Positions 52,724 through 64,000 of a DNA stretch of 64,000 bases are shown here, one piece after another. The DNA lies in NCBI GenBank assembly GCA_013239625.1, contig MU053934.1, positions 2,932,399 through 2,996,398 on the forward strand. Direction: 5' to 3'. The position numbers and the translations under genes are program-made. This DNA comes from Lama guanicoe. Lineage: Eukaryota. The stretch's first letter is position 1; every line of letters begins with the position of its first letter. The notes under the pieces were generated by a model. It did no database searches, had not been told where the DNA came from, and saw nothing but the letters and a program-made list of their open reading frames with translations.

Positions 52724-55285
52724 ACCTAAAGAAACAGCCAGGCTAGCTGCCTCCCTCTCTTTGTCTGGGCTATGTTTGGGGACATGAGCTAAACTCAAGG
52801 TGAGATAGACAGTCCAAAGGTAGTGGGGCTTTTTCCTAAAGCTCAGGGACCCTGCCCTGTTGTCACTCTGTTGGGAGGGGCGTTGTGGCTGGATCCTACA
52901 TCCAGTGGCCAAACACCGAGGGGACCGACTCTGCCTTACTAAGTGAACTTTGGAAGGTACCAGCCCCCTGGAGTCACACAGGTCTCTTCCGGCCTCCAGG
53001 CAGCCCTAGACCGGCCGGGGTGCTAAGGGCATAGGGAATTGGGCTTCTGGGAATCAGGATGCAGGTCCTCCCAAGCCTGGCTCCCTGCCTCCCACTTCCC
53101 AGCCTCACCTCACCATTCAGATGGCCCTCTGTATCCTGGCTTCACCCTGCCACCTTGCTCCATCCTAACCCCCCAGGATGACCACTCTGCTTTTTGCTGT
53201 GACACCTCTTGGTCACCTCCACCCTCAGCCCCAAGTCCTAGGAAATACAAGCCCCACCCCACCCCCAGCCAGTTCCTTCACCTCCTTGGTCCTGCTGAGT
53301 GTCTGCCTTGCTCCCCTGCCCCCAGCAACTTAGCACTGCTGGGGTACCTCTCTGCAGAGCAGTGGTCCCCTAGGCAGAGGCCCTCCTCTAACCCCTCAGC
53401 AGTCTGGGGGGGTCTCACCACTCTTCCCCTTGGGGCACTCAGCATTCTGAAGTTGACCTCACTTTTTGTGTCCAGCTTTGCTTAAAAGAGAGTCACCAGG
53501 AGGCTTGTTGAAAGAATAGGTTATGCCATCCTCGCTGATTCCGACTAATTAAGATCCGAGTAAGGCTGTGACTTTGCATTTTAGCAAAGCACCTTCCAGC
53601 TGTGTTCTGCTCCCCCTCTGGGATCCCTCAAAGGCCCCCCAGGGTGGAGTCCTGCCCCCACCCTAGAGGTCCCCACCCACAGCGTCTGCTCCATCTGCTC
53701 CATCTCCACAGTCGGGACCCAGCAGGGGAAGGGCTCTCCACATGTGGACCTGGTAGCCGCTGCCTGTCTTTGAAAACCCTTTTGAGACTAGGTCCCCTCC
53801 AAGGCTCTCCACTTCCTTCTCCTCCCAGCTAGGCTGGGAGAAAGGCTTGTTCACAGTTGACTCTCCCTCACCTCCGCCAGGACCCAGCCCAGCGGCCCTC
53901 CCTGACCACGCCCACTCAGACCACACCCTTGGCTGCCACCAAGATTCCACCCCTCTCAGGTCTCCTCCAGCCTCTGGCCACACCCCTCAGCCTACTCTGG
54001 GCCCCACATCTGCAGTGTCTGTGTCTCCCCCACCTCCTCCATCTTCCCTGGACCACCTTCCGTGGATGGTGGCTCTAAAGTCCCTCCGGACCTCTCTCTC
54101 AAACTCCACCTGCCTCCAGCTCATCTCCCTCCCAGAGGCACCCCAAGTTCATGACACCTTCCTAGAGCCCTTCCCCACCCCACCCCAGGTGACCAGGGTC
54201 AGGCAATGAGTCCTCCACCAGCCCAGCTGGGAGTGGTCCTGGGTGAGTCCCCTCACCTCACCCCATCCACTGAGGCACCTGGAGGACAGTGAGGGTTCTT
54301 CAACCCTATGTCCATCTCCACTGCCCAGCTCGGTCCAGGCCCCATCTTCTCCTTGGGGTTCTGCAGTGGACTCCTCACCAGCCTCTCTGCCTCTGGCCTC
54401 CTCCACACTGGCGCCAGTGGTGGTTCTAAACTGTGAATCTACATCCATGTCACTTCCCTGCCCTAGAGCCTTCCTTGGCTCCCCAGAGTGCCCAGTCCTT
54501 CGCTAACCTCCAAGCTGTTTGTCGTCTGATCTGTGTGCTGCTCCCTGACCATGAATTCCTTTTCAGTACCCCCTCCCAACCTCTGTTCTAACTAAAAACA
54601 ACTTACTGTTCCCTAATAGGCCATTGACTCTGGGGACTCTCTACCTTTGCACATGCTGTTCCCCTGCCTGGAATGCTCTTCCCCACGTTGGCCACCACTG
54701 AACCCCAACTCAATTCTCACCTCCTCCAGGCAGCCTTCCCTGACTTCCCAAGTTACAGGCTACCCTCCAAAACCCTCCATACTGGATCATCACCCCAACC
54801 CATCCTGAGATCAGGAGCCAAGTTCCGTGCAGCTCTGTGACCCCACCACAGTACTTGGCACATGGTAGGAGCCTGTAAGATGCTTGCTAAATAAATGACT
54901 CAAAGAATGCAGAGGGAGTGCCGTGCAGGAGGGAAAGTGGTAGATGGGAAATGGGAGATACGGCTTCCACTCCAGGCTCCACTCCTGCCCCCTGGTGCAA
55001 TCTTGAGGATGTCTCTGCTGCTCAGTTTCCTTCCAAGATTCCAGAAGAAGCCCATCACTTGTCCCAGCCCTCACTCTGCTGAGAGTCACCAAACTGTTGC
55101 CCCCACCTCCAGGGTTGCTCCTGGGACCTTGGCAGCTGCCCTGGAGGCCAGCCCTGTCCCCACTGGCCCCACCTTAGCCTTCTGGACACTTGGCCAACAG
55201 GCTGAGCAGACAGCAGGGTCTGTTCGGTCAGATCGGTGCCTGCAGCCGCATTCAATCCCTGGAGCATGACCTCGGATCAGACGGC

Positions 55286-55291
55286 TTTATT
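55286..55291 (-). terminator. TMPRSS6 polyadenylation signal AATAAA
   Basis: tttatt on + strand, about 650 nt past the stop. Confidence 0.7.
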
Positions 55292-55937
55292 CCAAGGGCA
55301 GCGGAGCCCACCTCCAGGTGAGGACGGGCAGTGAAAGCCAGGGTGGTGGGGGCAGGTAGGGGTAGAAGGACCCTGGAACCAGGGCTCCCCACCCTTTGGC
55401 TTGCAGTGGCCACTGGCCCACTTGTCTGTCTCCAGGGGTCTGAGGGCCCTTCCTGCGGAGGCACCTTCCACCCCAACCCCTCAAGTTAGGCCGAGGGCTC
55501 CACAGGCTGGAATCTGCTGAAGTGGATGCTGTCAAAGCAGCCTCTGCGCTGGGGCAGGGGCAGGGGGCTCAGACACTCCTACTGGGACCTGGGAGCCACG
55601 TATCACTGCTGAACGCTTCCCCCCAGATTAGCAGTGGAGCAAGGGGAAGGAGAAGAGAGAATCAGGAGGGGGCAGGCTGGATGGGAGTCCCCCAGCCGGG
55701 CCTGCTGACCATCCCAGGCCCTCGGTGGATGGCTGGACCACCAGCTAATGGCCGTCCTTCCTCCTTGTGCCCTCCCTGCGGCAGATGTCAGGGAGCAGGT
55801 GGGGGGACAGGGGAGATGCCACCTTCGGTCCCCTCAGGGCCCTGCTATCCACAGAATGCTTGTTCCCCCATCTGGTGGGTGCCCTGGGCTCTCTGAGTCC
55901 AAGAGGTGGGCCACTGCTCTGCAGGGCGGGCAGCTCC

Positions 55938-63702
<7,765 letters not shown>

Positions 63703-64000
63703 CTGGTGGGGGCCAGAGACAGACTCAGGGCCGCACGAGCTGGTCCAAGGGAAGGGACAGCCTGGGTCCCCGGGGACAGACACGGCAAGGACAGGGCAGC
63801 CAGAGAGGAAGGGAAGCAGCATCCTGACCTCCACCCTCACCTCTTCCGTCCTGACTTCCCCTTTGGGTGACTGCTCACCCCCACAGTCATCTAGAAAGCA
63901 GCCTGGCTATGTCACTCCCTGCTCAAAAGCCTTCAATTGCTCCCCACTGCCTGCAGGATAAAATTTAACGTCAGGATCCTAGTCCCAGTCACCTAGGAGC

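Overview
Mammalian genomic DNA with the conserved gene order TEX33(-, 3' end runs off the window start) - TST(-) <bidirectional CpG island> MPST(+) - KCTD17(+) >< TMPRSS6(-, 5' end runs off the window end). I traced all coding exons by hand through GT-AG junctions with consistent phase. TST and MPST are each 595+299 nt (297 aa), KCTD17 is 9 exons (954 nt, 317 aa), and the last 8 TMPRSS6 exons are present. Five copies of a tRNA-derived SINE resembling camelid Vic-1 suggest a camel/llama/alpaca genome (inference). The rest is mostly L1, MIR, L2, MaLR and MER-type repeats. I found no convincing new gene or multi-gene system. The best second-look items are a 299-bp tandem duplication of the KCTD17 terminal exon whose second copy carries an in-frame stop (real, or an assembly artefact), a degenerate upstream start exon for the long MPST isoform, two Arg-to-Cys changes in rhodanese, and RFX X-boxes at TEX33 and KCTD17. 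Comparisons with human, bovine and rat proteins are from memory, not from a search.
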